Positions 29,524 through 38,169 of a DNA stretch of 64,000 nucleotides are shown piece by piece. A program made the position numbers and the translations under genes. Within the stretch, counting starts at the first letter, position 1. Every line of letters starts with the position of its first letter. This DNA is from Bacteriovoracaceae bacterium. Lineage in GTDB: Bacteria; Bdellovibrionota; Bacteriovoracia; Bacteriovoracales; Bacteriovoracaceae. The notes under the pieces are model-generated. The model searched no databases. It saw only the letters and a list, made by a program, of their open reading frames with translations, and had not been told where the DNA came from. The DNA is taken from NCBI GenBank assembly GCA_965217035.1, contig OZ244226.1, positions 2,710,146 to 2,774,145 of the forward strand, read 5' to 3'.

Positions 29524-30825
29524 ATGAAAAATATTATTTATAAAATTAATATTTTTATAGTAATCACGATTTTTGTTAGTAGCTGTAGAAATCCTCTTGG
29601 GGATAGTAGTATTGTGGACGAAGGTTATACGGAGATAGCGAGTAGTAACACTGCTCCAACGATTTCAGATATCACAAATCAGACAATCTATGCTAATAGG
29701 TCAACAATAGCTTTAGCTTTTACTATTCATGATGCTGAAGATGCTTTGGATTGTGTTACAAGTATGAGTATGAGCTCTAATAATACTACACTAATTGATG
29801 ATGGCGATGTTGTTTTTTCGGGAACAGCTCCTAATTGCACAGTAGTCTTTACTCCAAATAGCAGTGAAGTCGGGATCGCAACTTTAACCGTTAGTGTAAG
29901 CGATGGTCTTTTAAGTGCTCAAGATATTGTCTTATTAACTGTATCAGCGGCCGCCGCTTCTACTATTCAAGGTTTTGTCATTAATGGACAAACTTTATCC
30001 GTATTATCTTACGGAGGAGGGGCATCTCTTACAGATGAGCATCAATGGTACTCTGATGGAGTTCCTGTAAGTGGAGCCGTAGGCACAACCTATGTTGTTA
30101 CATCCGATGATGAGGGGACCAATATTACTTTAAGAGTAAATGGATCATCTGACTCCAACATACTATCAAATTTCTATCCTGGAGAATTATCAATTACTTC
30201 CTGGGTTGACCCTGCTTTTTCAACAACGAATTCTAGAATTCCAGGAAGTATTTTAATTGAAACGGGAACGGGGGCTAGTCCAGTTATTAGTGGTGGAGTT
30301 ATTGAATTAACTCTAGGTCAAAAAGCTTTGCATGTTACTACTAACGAGACATCAAATCCTGAAGTCATTCTTGTCGCAAGAATTATCTCTGGAGGTGGGC
30401 AATTTTTTGATTTCAGAAATCCATCGGATGATAAACCATTGCTAGATGCAATAGCTGGACAGAGAGCTAGGGCAAGATCTGATTTGGGAGGGAGTTTAAC
30501 TCAGACTTCTAATAGTTCTTTACCAGCAGGGTTTTCTTTATTGAGTTATTCGATCGATGGAACGACTTTGTCTCATAGAATTAGTGGTAGTGTCGCTGAT
30601 TCAGTGGCGACAAGTTCAACTCTTTCAGGATTGGTAAGAATAGGATTAGGAACTAATGGTTATTCTAGTACTACTGCTAGTGTATCTAGTGATATAAAAG
30701 AAGTGATTACGACAGAAACCTTATCAAGTCTTGATAGAAAAAAAGTTGAGGGTTATCTCTCTTGGAAGCATGGAATTGAGGGTGATTTACCAGTAGACCA
30801 TCCTTACAGAAATACTGCTCCATAA
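29524..30825 (+). CDS. Ser/Thr-rich surface lipoprotein with Ig/cadherin-like and lectin-like domains
   Basis: Lipobox VSSC; NTAPTISDI...FTIHDAED...VSDG; QWYSDG...Y.VTSDD.G; C-terminal RKKVEGYLSWKHG...LP.DHPY. Confidence 0.7.
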   Translation: MKNIIYKINIFIVITIFVSSCRNPLGDSSIVDEGYTEIASSNTAPTISDITNQTIYANRSTIALAFTIHDAEDALDCVTSMSMSSNNTTLIDDGDVVFSGTAPNCTVVFTPNSSEVGIATLTVSVSDGLLSAQDIVLLTVSAAAASTIQGFVINGQTLSVLSYGGGASLTDEHQWYSDGVPVSGAVGTTYVVTSDDEGTNITLRVNGSSDSNILSNFYPGELSITSWVDPAFSTTNSRIPGSILIETGTGASPVISGGVIELTLGQKALHVTTNETSNPEVILVARIISGGGQFFDFRNPSDDKPLLDAIAGQRARARSDLGGSLTQTSNSSLPAGFSLLSYSIDGTTLSHRISGSVADSVATSSTLSGLVRIGLGTNGYSSTTASVSSDIKEVITTETLSSLDRKKVEGYLSWKHGIEGDLPVDHPYRNTAP

Positions 30826-30904
30826 GTACGAGATATACTTTTTAAAATTATAGTAAACTTATACTTCGATTAATCGCTGAGAGTATTCTCTATTATTCTC
30901 TCGA

Positions 30905-31855
30905 TTAATAGATCCTTTTATTTTTAAAGATACTTTTAATAATTTTTATTTTCCAAGGAGTATTAATTTCTCCACTGATGATTGCTCTTTTTAAAAAATC
31001 TCTCATCTTTATTGTTGGAACAACATAGGATAGTTGTTTCCAAATCTCAGGATGATTTTCGCTCCTAAATACTGCCTTTATATTATCTTCTTTCTTGAAA
31101 AACTTGCTTTTTGGGGCACGCATTGTCCATATAATTCCTATAAGTTTAGTCGTTCTTCTTACAAAAACAGGAGATCCTGAATCTCCATGAGAAACTTCAC
31201 AGCCAGTAGCATATGACCATGTTCTATAAGGTGCAGGATTGAACTCATCAGGATCTTGAAAGAGTATAAATTGATTTGTTTTAGAAAAAACCTTACACCA
31301 TCTTGAGCTATCAAATGCTAGTCGTTGCTTTTTATTGAAGGCTTTGCCATATCCCAGAGTAAAGAGGGGAAGTCCTTTTTTTATTGTTTGAAAGCTTAAA
31401 GGATAGGCAGATCTTTTTAGCTTTTTTAAATCAAAGCCTTTTGGATCAATTATTAAAAGAGAAAGTTCAATTTCTGGCCAACTTCCTATAAATTCTTTAA
31501 CGATAGCTTTTTTCCTCTGAGAGGGAAAGTAAACTTTTTTGTTTAAGCATTCTTCTTGGTTTGGGCATATATGATAATTCGTTGCTAGGATATGCTTCCC
31601 TTGATGTATACCCAAATAGAATGATGTTCCTTCGAGGAAATAACCAATTCCTGATGTTATTCGTCTTAAATATTTTGATTTTTTTATGTGGTTTTTATTT
31701 ATTTTAATTCTATTCCATTGCTCACCGAGTATATAGTCATTATCTGTTCCTATTTCAGTCGTTTGTGCATTTGTTACTTGTAATAAAAAAATAAAAAAAA
31801 CTAAAATAATTCCTTGTTTCAGAAAAATAGAAAGAATAAAACTTTTTGTTTTCAT
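30905..31855 (-). CDS. secreted trypsin-like serine protease
   Basis: TNYHIC (His), GDSGSP (Ser), IELSL at the acid position; signal peptide. Confidence 0.85.
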   Translation of the reverse strand: MKTKSFILSIFLKQGIILVFFIFLLQVTNAQTTEIGTDNDYILGEQWNRIKINKNHIKKSKYLRRITSGIGYFLEGTSFYLGIHQGKHILATNYHICPNQEECLNKKVYFPSQRKKAIVKEFIGSWPEIELSLLIIDPKGFDLKKLKRSAYPLSFQTIKKGLPLFTLGYGKAFNKKQRLAFDSSRWCKVFSKTNQFILFQDPDEFNPAPYRTWSYATGCEVSHGDSGSPVFVRRTTKLIGIIWTMRAPKSKFFKKEDNIKAVFRSENHPEIWKQLSYVVPTIKMRDFLKRAIISGEINTPWKIKIIKSIFKNKRIY

Positions 31856-32277
31856 GAACGATTCCTATCTAATTGTTGGTAAAGGCCATATCTATCAATT
31901 TGCATCCAATATTCTTTAACTAAACCATTTTCAAATTCATAAACAGTTGAGGTTCTCTCTGTTATTTTTTTAAAAGAAGGTTCGTATTTTTCTAGCTTTC
32001 GAGAATGAGTTCCTGATGCTTCCCAGCGAACATAGACTTTCTCATTGTGAGAAAATATAGTTTCAATATTTGATTTCCAATCGGGGAAAATATTTCTCCA
32101 AGTAATAACTTTTTTCTTATAAGATTCGTGATCTCTTTCAATAACCTGGTTTTGTGATTCTGATACTACTTGATGAGCTAGAAATTTTTTTTGAAAAACT
32201 TCTGGTATTAGATTGATTTCAGATTTATCCCATATTTTATAAATGAGAAGTTCTATTTTTTTGATATTTTCATTCAT
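31852..32277 (-). CDS. SnoaL-like ester cyclase (NTF2 fold)
   Basis: FPDW...I......V..RW...GTH...YEF.NG.V.E.W...D pattern. Confidence 0.85.
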   Translation of the reverse strand: MNENIKKIELLIYKIWDKSEINLIPEVFQKKFLAHQVVSESQNQVIERDHESYKKKVITWRNIFPDWKSNIETIFSHNEKVYVRWEASGTHSRKLEKYEPSFKKITERTSTVYEFENGLVKEYWMQIDRYGLYQQLDRNRS

Positions 32278-33476
32278 AAATTGGTCCTTATTTCAAACTC
32301 ATGCTTTGGTTTAAGAGCGAGGATTAAGATTAAAGTCATTAGAACCCATGTTATACCTATGAGACCGATTGTTTGAATCTCTCGAGGTATATCTGTCAGA
32401 CCAATATTGCCTAATAAAATTAGAATAATAATGGCAAGGACAAGACCAATGTAGTGATAAAAAGTCATTAGAGAGTTAATTTGAGCTTTATCTGTCATTT
32501 TAAAAAGTACTTGTCGTGATTCAATTTTAATAACTTGAGATAAAAACCCAACACTTGTAAAACTTATGATGATGAAAGGGATATTCTTAGACATTGGAAT
32601 AATCATCAATATTAATGAGACTAAAATCATAGCGATAACATATCTTGAAATCTTTGCTTCTTTAACAAATTGACTTAAGAAAAATCCACAAAATAATGAT
32701 CCTAATCCCATTAAGGTATCAACTATGCCTAAGGTACTAGGAGACTTTTTTAAATAAATTAGAAAAAAAGGAGCCAGAATTGTATTAATTCCCATTAACA
32801 AAGGGAATGCGAAAGATCCTGAAAAAAGAGCAGGAATTATTTCTTTTCTTCTCCTTAAGAAAAAAATTAATCCTTCTTTTGAAGAGTTAACTTCAGTATC
32901 ATTATCTTCTATATTTTTTAGATTCCTCATCTCTAAGAAAGATAGAAAGTCAATAAGGCTAGAGAGAAGAATGACAGTTTGAAAACTAAAAATATCGAGG
33001 AGTAATCCTCCTAAGAACGCAGAAGCTAAATATCCTCCTTGCCAACAACCGTGTAAGAAAGAAATTTTTTTCTGAGAAGCATCTCGGGAAACAGATTCGC
33101 TGATTGTATCGAGTAATGGCTGAGAGCAATACCAAGACCCATAATAAACTAGAATCATAAGCAAATAGAGAGGAATATTAAAAGGAAGAATTGCAATTAA
33201 GAAAGCGATCAAAGCTCGTGTCAAAATGAGTTTTTGACTCCATGGGATGATTTTTCGATTAGAAATAAATTTTTTTAAAAAAGGCATTAATACAAGAGGA
33301 GGAATTAATGTCAAAATAAGAAGTAAACTTGTATTAAAGCTCGCTTCTTCTTTAGATAAGCGATTTGCTTCAACAATAAGCGTAAACGCAAAGAGTCCTT
33401 CTGCAAAAAAGACAAGAGAACTGGCTAAAAAAAAGCTTCTAAAGGCTTTGTCTTTTTTAAGCAGTTTCATACTCAA
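32274..33476 (-). CDS. MFS transporter
   Basis: About 12 hydrophobic segments in 400 aa, two-fold layout. Confidence 0.85.
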   Translation of the reverse strand: MSMKLLKKDKAFRSFFLASSLVFFAEGLFAFTLIVEANRLSKEEASFNTSLLLILTLIPPLVLMPFLKKFISNRKIIPWSQKLILTRALIAFLIAILPFNIPLYLLMILVYYGSWYCSQPLLDTISESVSRDASQKKISFLHGCWQGGYLASAFLGGLLLDIFSFQTVILLSSLIDFLSFLEMRNLKNIEDNDTEVNSSKEGLIFFLRRRKEIIPALFSGSFAFPLLMGINTILAPFFLIYLKKSPSTLGIVDTLMGLGSLFCGFFLSQFVKEAKISRYVIAMILVSLILMIIPMSKNIPFIIISFTSVGFLSQVIKIESRQVLFKMTDKAQINSLMTFYHYIGLVLAIIILILLGNIGLTDIPREIQTIGLIGITWVLMTLILILALKPKHEFEIRTNL

Positions 33477-34644
33477 CTTTTAAATTTTCTATAACGGACA
33501 ACATATCTTTTTTTACGTTATTAAAATTACCAGAGAAGAGAAATCTTCCGAGATTCTTATAATAGTCGCCGCTAGGTAGAAGAGATTTCCCAGGAGGCCA
33601 AAGAGTTTCTTTCACTAAAGAAGACGATTTCTGGGCCAATGAGATTTCTTTGATTTGGCATTCGTAAGGATGAGGGTTTGGAATGATTAGCCATCCACCA
33701 TTTAATTCTTCAATAATCTTTTCGTCGAATGCTAAGCCAACTTCGAGTCGGAACCATTGCCTCATAATGTCAAATTTTAAAACTTCTTTAAAAAGGAATG
33801 GCACATCTGCTCCTCCAATCCGGGCTCCAATCTCTAAAAAAGTAATTTCATCTTGGTTTTTAAAAAATTCTAAATGAAAAGCTCCTGTTTTTAGACCGAG
33901 TGATTTGATGACTTTAGAAGTGAATTTTTTTATTTTTTGATTATCTTCTTGATCATTAATCATGATAGAACCTAAAGGATTTCCTTGTAGGTAGGAGTAA
34001 CAGTTATTCAAATATTCTGAGCTTTTCAAAATAACAATTTCACCGTCTCTTACGAGGCCATCAGTATGATAAACTGAGCCCTCTATGAATTCTTCAATCT
34101 CTGGATCTTCTGGAATTTCACATGCTTCTATCTCTTGATAGGTGTTTAAAATCTTAACTCCTTTACTAGAAGCACCGAAGCGAGGTTTTAATACTAAAGG
34201 AAAATTAAAATCTTTAGCAAAGTGTAAGATGTCTTCCCTGGATTCTACGATTTTGTTTCTAGGGACTTTAATCTGCGCTTTTTCTAAAATTTCTTTCATG
34301 TAAAATTTATCTCGAAATGCTTTCGCTGATTCAAGATTCATTCCTGGTATAGAAAGAATTTCTCTGAGCTTTGCAGAGGAAATTATATCAAATTCAGACA
34401 TAGAGACAAGATGTGAAAAATGACCAAAATTCTTTTGCCAGCTTTCGACAGCTTTTTTTATTGGAACGATATCATCGAAGTTTTCAACTTCAACGAGACC
34501 TTTGTAGGAACTTTCAAATTGGCGAATATATTTTGCAGAGTCTTTAGTCGTAAGGCAAAAAAGATTAATTCCTTCACCTTCTACAAAGCGATGATAATCT
34601 GCAAATTCATCATCCCAGCGATTGAGTACTAGTACATTTTTCAT
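33457..34644 (-). CDS. ATP-grasp L-amino acid ligase-like enzyme
   Basis: FRDKFYMK, FPLVLKPRFGASSKGV, EEFIEG..YHTDG, FHLEFF, FLEIGARIGG. Confidence 0.9.
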   Translation of the reverse strand: MKNVLVLNRWDDEFADYHRFVEGEGINLFCLTTKDSAKYIRQFESSYKGLVEVENFDDIVPIKKAVESWQKNFGHFSHLVSMSEFDIISSAKLREILSIPGMNLESAKAFRDKFYMKEILEKAQIKVPRNKIVESREDILHFAKDFNFPLVLKPRFGASSKGVKILNTYQEIEACEIPEDPEIEEFIEGSVYHTDGLVRDGEIVILKSSEYLNNCYSYLQGNPLGSIMINDQEDNQKIKKFTSKVIKSLGLKTGAFHLEFFKNQDEITFLEIGARIGGADVPFLFKEVLKFDIMRQWFRLEVGLAFDEKIIEELNGGWLIIPNPHPYECQIKEISLAQKSSSLVKETLWPPGKSLLPSGDYYKNLGRFLFSGNFNNVKKDMLSVIENLKVEYETA

Positions 34645-35345
34645 GAAGCGACTCGATGCTTATCCTCTTTTGTCGCTTGGTAGAGCTCTTTGAAATAAAG
34701 ACTTATGAGGTAGATGAAGGTTGTCATGTATTCCTTGGCAAGCTCTAAATCTTCTGAGCTTTTTATTGAAAGAGACAGCATTCCTTCCATCAAGCCAACA
34801 TGATCTTTTAGTTCATCAATATCAAGATGAGATTGAGATCCATTGACGTAGCTCGAGCCAAATTCAGATGCAGCCTTACTTGTGATTGTTTGATTATAGG
34901 TATCAGAGTATAGCTCGACAAAGTAGTTCCATACTACAGTTGGAATAGCTCCATCTCTGTCAATCGAGCCTTTTAGGTAGTCCATAAGAAGATAAGTTGA
35001 ACGGAAAGGCTGGCTGTTTTCTATATCTTGTTGAGTCATTCCAAAATAGGAAAGATCTTTTTGAAAAAGCTTATCGTGTCCATATTCTTCGACAAGATAT
35101 GTTGCCAATCTTCCTGCTAGAGTCTGTTGCTTTTTTCCTAGCTTATAAAGACAGTAAGCGTCAACATCGTTGTTAATTTGTATTCGCAGAAGAGTTTCTA
35201 AAATATGCCTTTTGTAAAATTCCTTTTGAGTTGAAATTCCTAAATGGAATTCTGATATGAAAGAGGATTCCTCTAATAAGTTTTTCATCTCTAAGTTGAA
35301 AATTTGGTTGAGTTCCTTTTTTATTTTACTAACTTTGATTTCCAT
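34641..35345 (-). CDS. heme-oxygenase-like diiron enzyme (TenA/PqqC/CADD fold)
   Basis: Helical-looking 234 aa with EEYGH, FVE and HLDIDELKDH ligand-like motifs; AGGAG RBS. Confidence 0.7.
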   Translation of the reverse strand: MEIKVSKIKKELNQIFNLEMKNLLEESSFISEFHLGISTQKEFYKRHILETLLRIQINNDVDAYCLYKLGKKQQTLAGRLATYLVEEYGHDKLFQKDLSYFGMTQQDIENSQPFRSTYLLMDYLKGSIDRDGAIPTVVWNYFVELYSDTYNQTITSKAASEFGSSYVNGSQSHLDIDELKDHVGLMEGMLSLSIKSSEDLELAKEYMTTFIYLISLYFKELYQATKEDKHRVAS

Positions 35346-35391
35346 TCTTTGCTCTCCTTATGATTTTTGGGAACATACCATCTTTATTTTG

Positions 35392-35439
35392 GTCAAGTAA
35401 ATATTGACTTTTTTAACTTTTTGTTTAATTTTGCTTAAC
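35392..35439. promoter_or_regulatory. candidate LysR boxes in the divergent promoter
   Basis: GTT-N11-AAC (35423-35439) and GTCAA-N7-TTGAC (35392-35408). Confidence 0.45.
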
Positions 35440-35440
35440 A

Positions 35441-36340
35441 ATGGATCTGAATAAAATTAAATACTTCTGTAAGGTTTATGAGCAGAATAGCTTAACTCAA
35501 GCGAGCAAGTCTCTAGGGATTACCAAGTCGGCATTGAGCCTCTCTTTGAAAAGTCTTGAAAAGGAAGTTGATACTTTCCTTTTTACTCGAACTAACAAGA
35601 AAATGATACCAACGGGAGAGGGTGAATTTTTTTACAAAAAAGTAAAGCCATTAATTTATGAATTGAGTGATTCTTATAATGAGCTTGTGAATTTAAAGCA
35701 ATCATTTTCTGGAACGATTAGAATTGGAGCTCCGATTTGCTTTGGGGTAGAGATTCTTCGCCCTTTTATTCAAGAATTTTTACAAACGAACAAAAATGTT
35801 GCAATTGATCTTCATCTTGAGGAAGGGAGCAAAATTTTAGAAAAGCTTCATAAAGGGCATCTTGATTTTGCGATAGTTGGAGAGGAAGTAAAAGAAAGCA
35901 TTTCGAGATCTATTTATATTGAGAAATGCTATGAATATGAGCTTATAATGACTTGTTCAAAGAAATATTTTCATAAATATTTGAAGGGTGAGGAGTTGTC
36001 ACTTGAATATCTTAAAAAATTATCTCTTGTATCTTTGCCTCATATTGATCTTACTTCTTGGGTGGAAGCTCATTATAACGAAAAAACGAGACTGAGTTCT
36101 CGTTTTTTAGTTAACAATCATCATGCACATATTGACTGCCTTAAGAATTCAATGGGAATAGGACTACAAGCGAGTTATTCCATTCAATCAGCTGTTAATA
36201 AGGGACAACTTGTGGAGTTAAGGCCTAGCGAAAAAAAAATAATGTATCCTTTCTACTTGATTCAATTTTATGACCAAATACCAACAAGTGTTTTAAGAGC
36301 ATTTTCAGAGGATTTCCAATCATATATTAAAAAATCATAA
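35441..36340 (+). CDS. LysR family regulator
   Basis: SLTQASKSLGITKSALS...LEKEV..LFTR; GTIRIG. Confidence 0.95.
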   Translation: MDLNKIKYFCKVYEQNSLTQASKSLGITKSALSLSLKSLEKEVDTFLFTRTNKKMIPTGEGEFFYKKVKPLIYELSDSYNELVNLKQSFSGTIRIGAPICFGVEILRPFIQEFLQTNKNVAIDLHLEEGSKILEKLHKGHLDFAIVGEEVKESISRSIYIEKCYEYELIMTCSKKYFHKYLKGEELSLEYLKKLSLVSLPHIDLTSWVEAHYNEKTRLSSRFLVNNHHAHIDCLKNSMGIGLQASYSIQSAVNKGQLVELRPSEKKIMYPFYLIQFYDQIPTSVLRAFSEDFQSYIKKS

Positions 36341-36580
36341 GGACTCAATTGAGTTCCCCTCTATAAATATAAAAAAAGAAAGAATCCCTATTCTAAGATT
36401 TATGTGTGATTTAAAGGTCTTATTCATTTGAATAAACAGAGTAGTCTCAAACCCTTACGTTGCTACGGATTTGGTATATTCAGCTAGTTAGCATTTTTGT
36501 CGTCTAAAATATGAATTTTTTTCAAGGGGATATCATTTATTTGTTTTCAATGTCTAGTTAATGCATGTATTTCAGAGATT

Positions 36581-37642
36581 ATGAAGTATTTTGAGATAAA
36601 AATGAGTAAATTTTTAATAGTCATTTATTTGATTTTCAGTTTTTTAGGGACTGTAGAAGCAAAGCGTCTTAGCTGTAGAGGGAAAACATACGATACACGT
36701 ATTAATAAAAATCTCGATATCTGGTTTAATTCTAATCTTCATTATATTGATAGTATTCAAATTCTTTATTGTGGAAAGTTAGTTTATTCAAGATATTTTA
36801 GGGCCTTTAATAAAGATACTATTCATGAAATTCAATCCGCGACAAAATCAATAGCATCTATATTGATTGGGATCGCTATAAAAAAGGGAATCATTCAATC
36901 GATAGATATACCTATTAGAAAGCTTCTTCCTCAATATAAAAAATATTTAACAGGACAAAAGTCTAAAATTACATTGAGACATATTTTGACGATGTCTTCG
37001 GGATTGCGTTGGAAAGATTTTGGTTTGAATAATTCCTTTGAAAGAATAAATAAAGCATCTGATTCTATTGCATTTGTCTTGAATGAACCCTTGGTAAGTA
37101 AGCCAGGTATCGTTTTTTCCTATAATACGGGAAGCTCTCATCTTCTTTCTGCGATTATTAGTAAATTAACTAAAATGTCGACTTTCGCTTTTGCAAAAAA
37201 GAATCTTTTTAGAAAGTTAAAAATCAAAGATGTTTTTTGGCCTCAACTTAAAGATGGGATTTTTCAGGGAGGCTGGGGAATGTATTTGAAACCCTTGGAT
37301 ATGTTAAAAATAGGAAAGCTATTACTAAATGAAGGAAGATGGGGAAAAGAACAAATTATTGATCAAGCTTTTGTGAGAGAGGCCTTAAGTCCACATTACA
37401 AAGTGACAAAACCGTATACTAGTCGATATGGATTTCAATTTTGGATTGAAAACTTTAAATTGCCTCGATATAAACGAGAATTCAATATTCCTGCAGCTAG
37501 AGGTTTTGGAGGTCAAGATATTTTCATTCTTAGAGATTTCCATACGGTAATTACTGTCACTGGAAACACAGGAAGACCTTTAAAAATGAAACACGATGTT
37601 AATTTTTTGCTCATCAATAGCATTTTACCAGGGATTTACTAG
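36581..37642 (+). CDS. serine hydrolase, beta-lactamase/AmpC-like family
   Basis: SATK, LRHILTMSSG, FSYN, ARGFGGQ; signal peptide. Confidence 0.9.
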   Translation: MKYFEIKMSKFLIVIYLIFSFLGTVEAKRLSCRGKTYDTRINKNLDIWFNSNLHYIDSIQILYCGKLVYSRYFRAFNKDTIHEIQSATKSIASILIGIAIKKGIIQSIDIPIRKLLPQYKKYLTGQKSKITLRHILTMSSGLRWKDFGLNNSFERINKASDSIAFVLNEPLVSKPGIVFSYNTGSSHLLSAIISKLTKMSTFAFAKKNLFRKLKIKDVFWPQLKDGIFQGGWGMYLKPLDMLKIGKLLLNEGRWGKEQIIDQAFVREALSPHYKVTKPYTSRYGFQFWIENFKLPRYKREFNIPAARGFGGQDIFILRDFHTVITVTGNTGRPLKMKHDVNFLLINSILPGIY

Positions 37643-37695
37643 AGCATACTTTAAAGTTTTCTAGTCATTATGAAATGGCTAAAAAACTCTAGGAG

Positions 37696-38070
37696 GTGAC
37701 TATGAGTAATATAGGAACATATTTTGAAATTCCTGTGATTGATATGGAGCGCGCTATTAATTTTTACTCTTTTGTTCTTGGCTGTGAGTTTTCAAAAGAT
37801 ATTATCCACGGCTGTGAAATGGCATTCTTTCCATTTAGAGAAGGAGCTGGAATTACAGGAGCACTTGCCAAGGGAGAGATATACAAACCATCGCTTGAAG
37901 GAAGCCTGATCTACTTATCAACAACTGATATTGATAGCGTGATGGTTAAAGTGAAGCAGAAAGGTGGCTCAGAACTTTTTCCCAAAACAGAAGTCTCTGA
38001 TCTTGGATTTTCTGCTGAATTTAAGGATAGCGAAGGAAATAGGGTCGCTTTATTTCAAAAAAAATTGTGA
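37696..38070 (+). CDS. VOC family protein
   Basis: YFEIPV.DMERA..FY...F.DSEGNRVAL. Confidence 0.9.
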   Translation: MTMSNIGTYFEIPVIDMERAINFYSFVLGCEFSKDIIHGCEMAFFPFREGAGITGALAKGEIYKPSLEGSLIYLSTTDIDSVMVKVKQKGGSELFPKTEVSDLGFSAEFKDSEGNRVALFQKKL

Positions 38071-38169
38071 GATTTATCATACTTATGAAATAGTCGATAA
38101 TACCTAGGGACACGATTTTGTAACATCGGCTAATAAAACTTGAGTTAAATACAATTAAGGGAAACAAAA

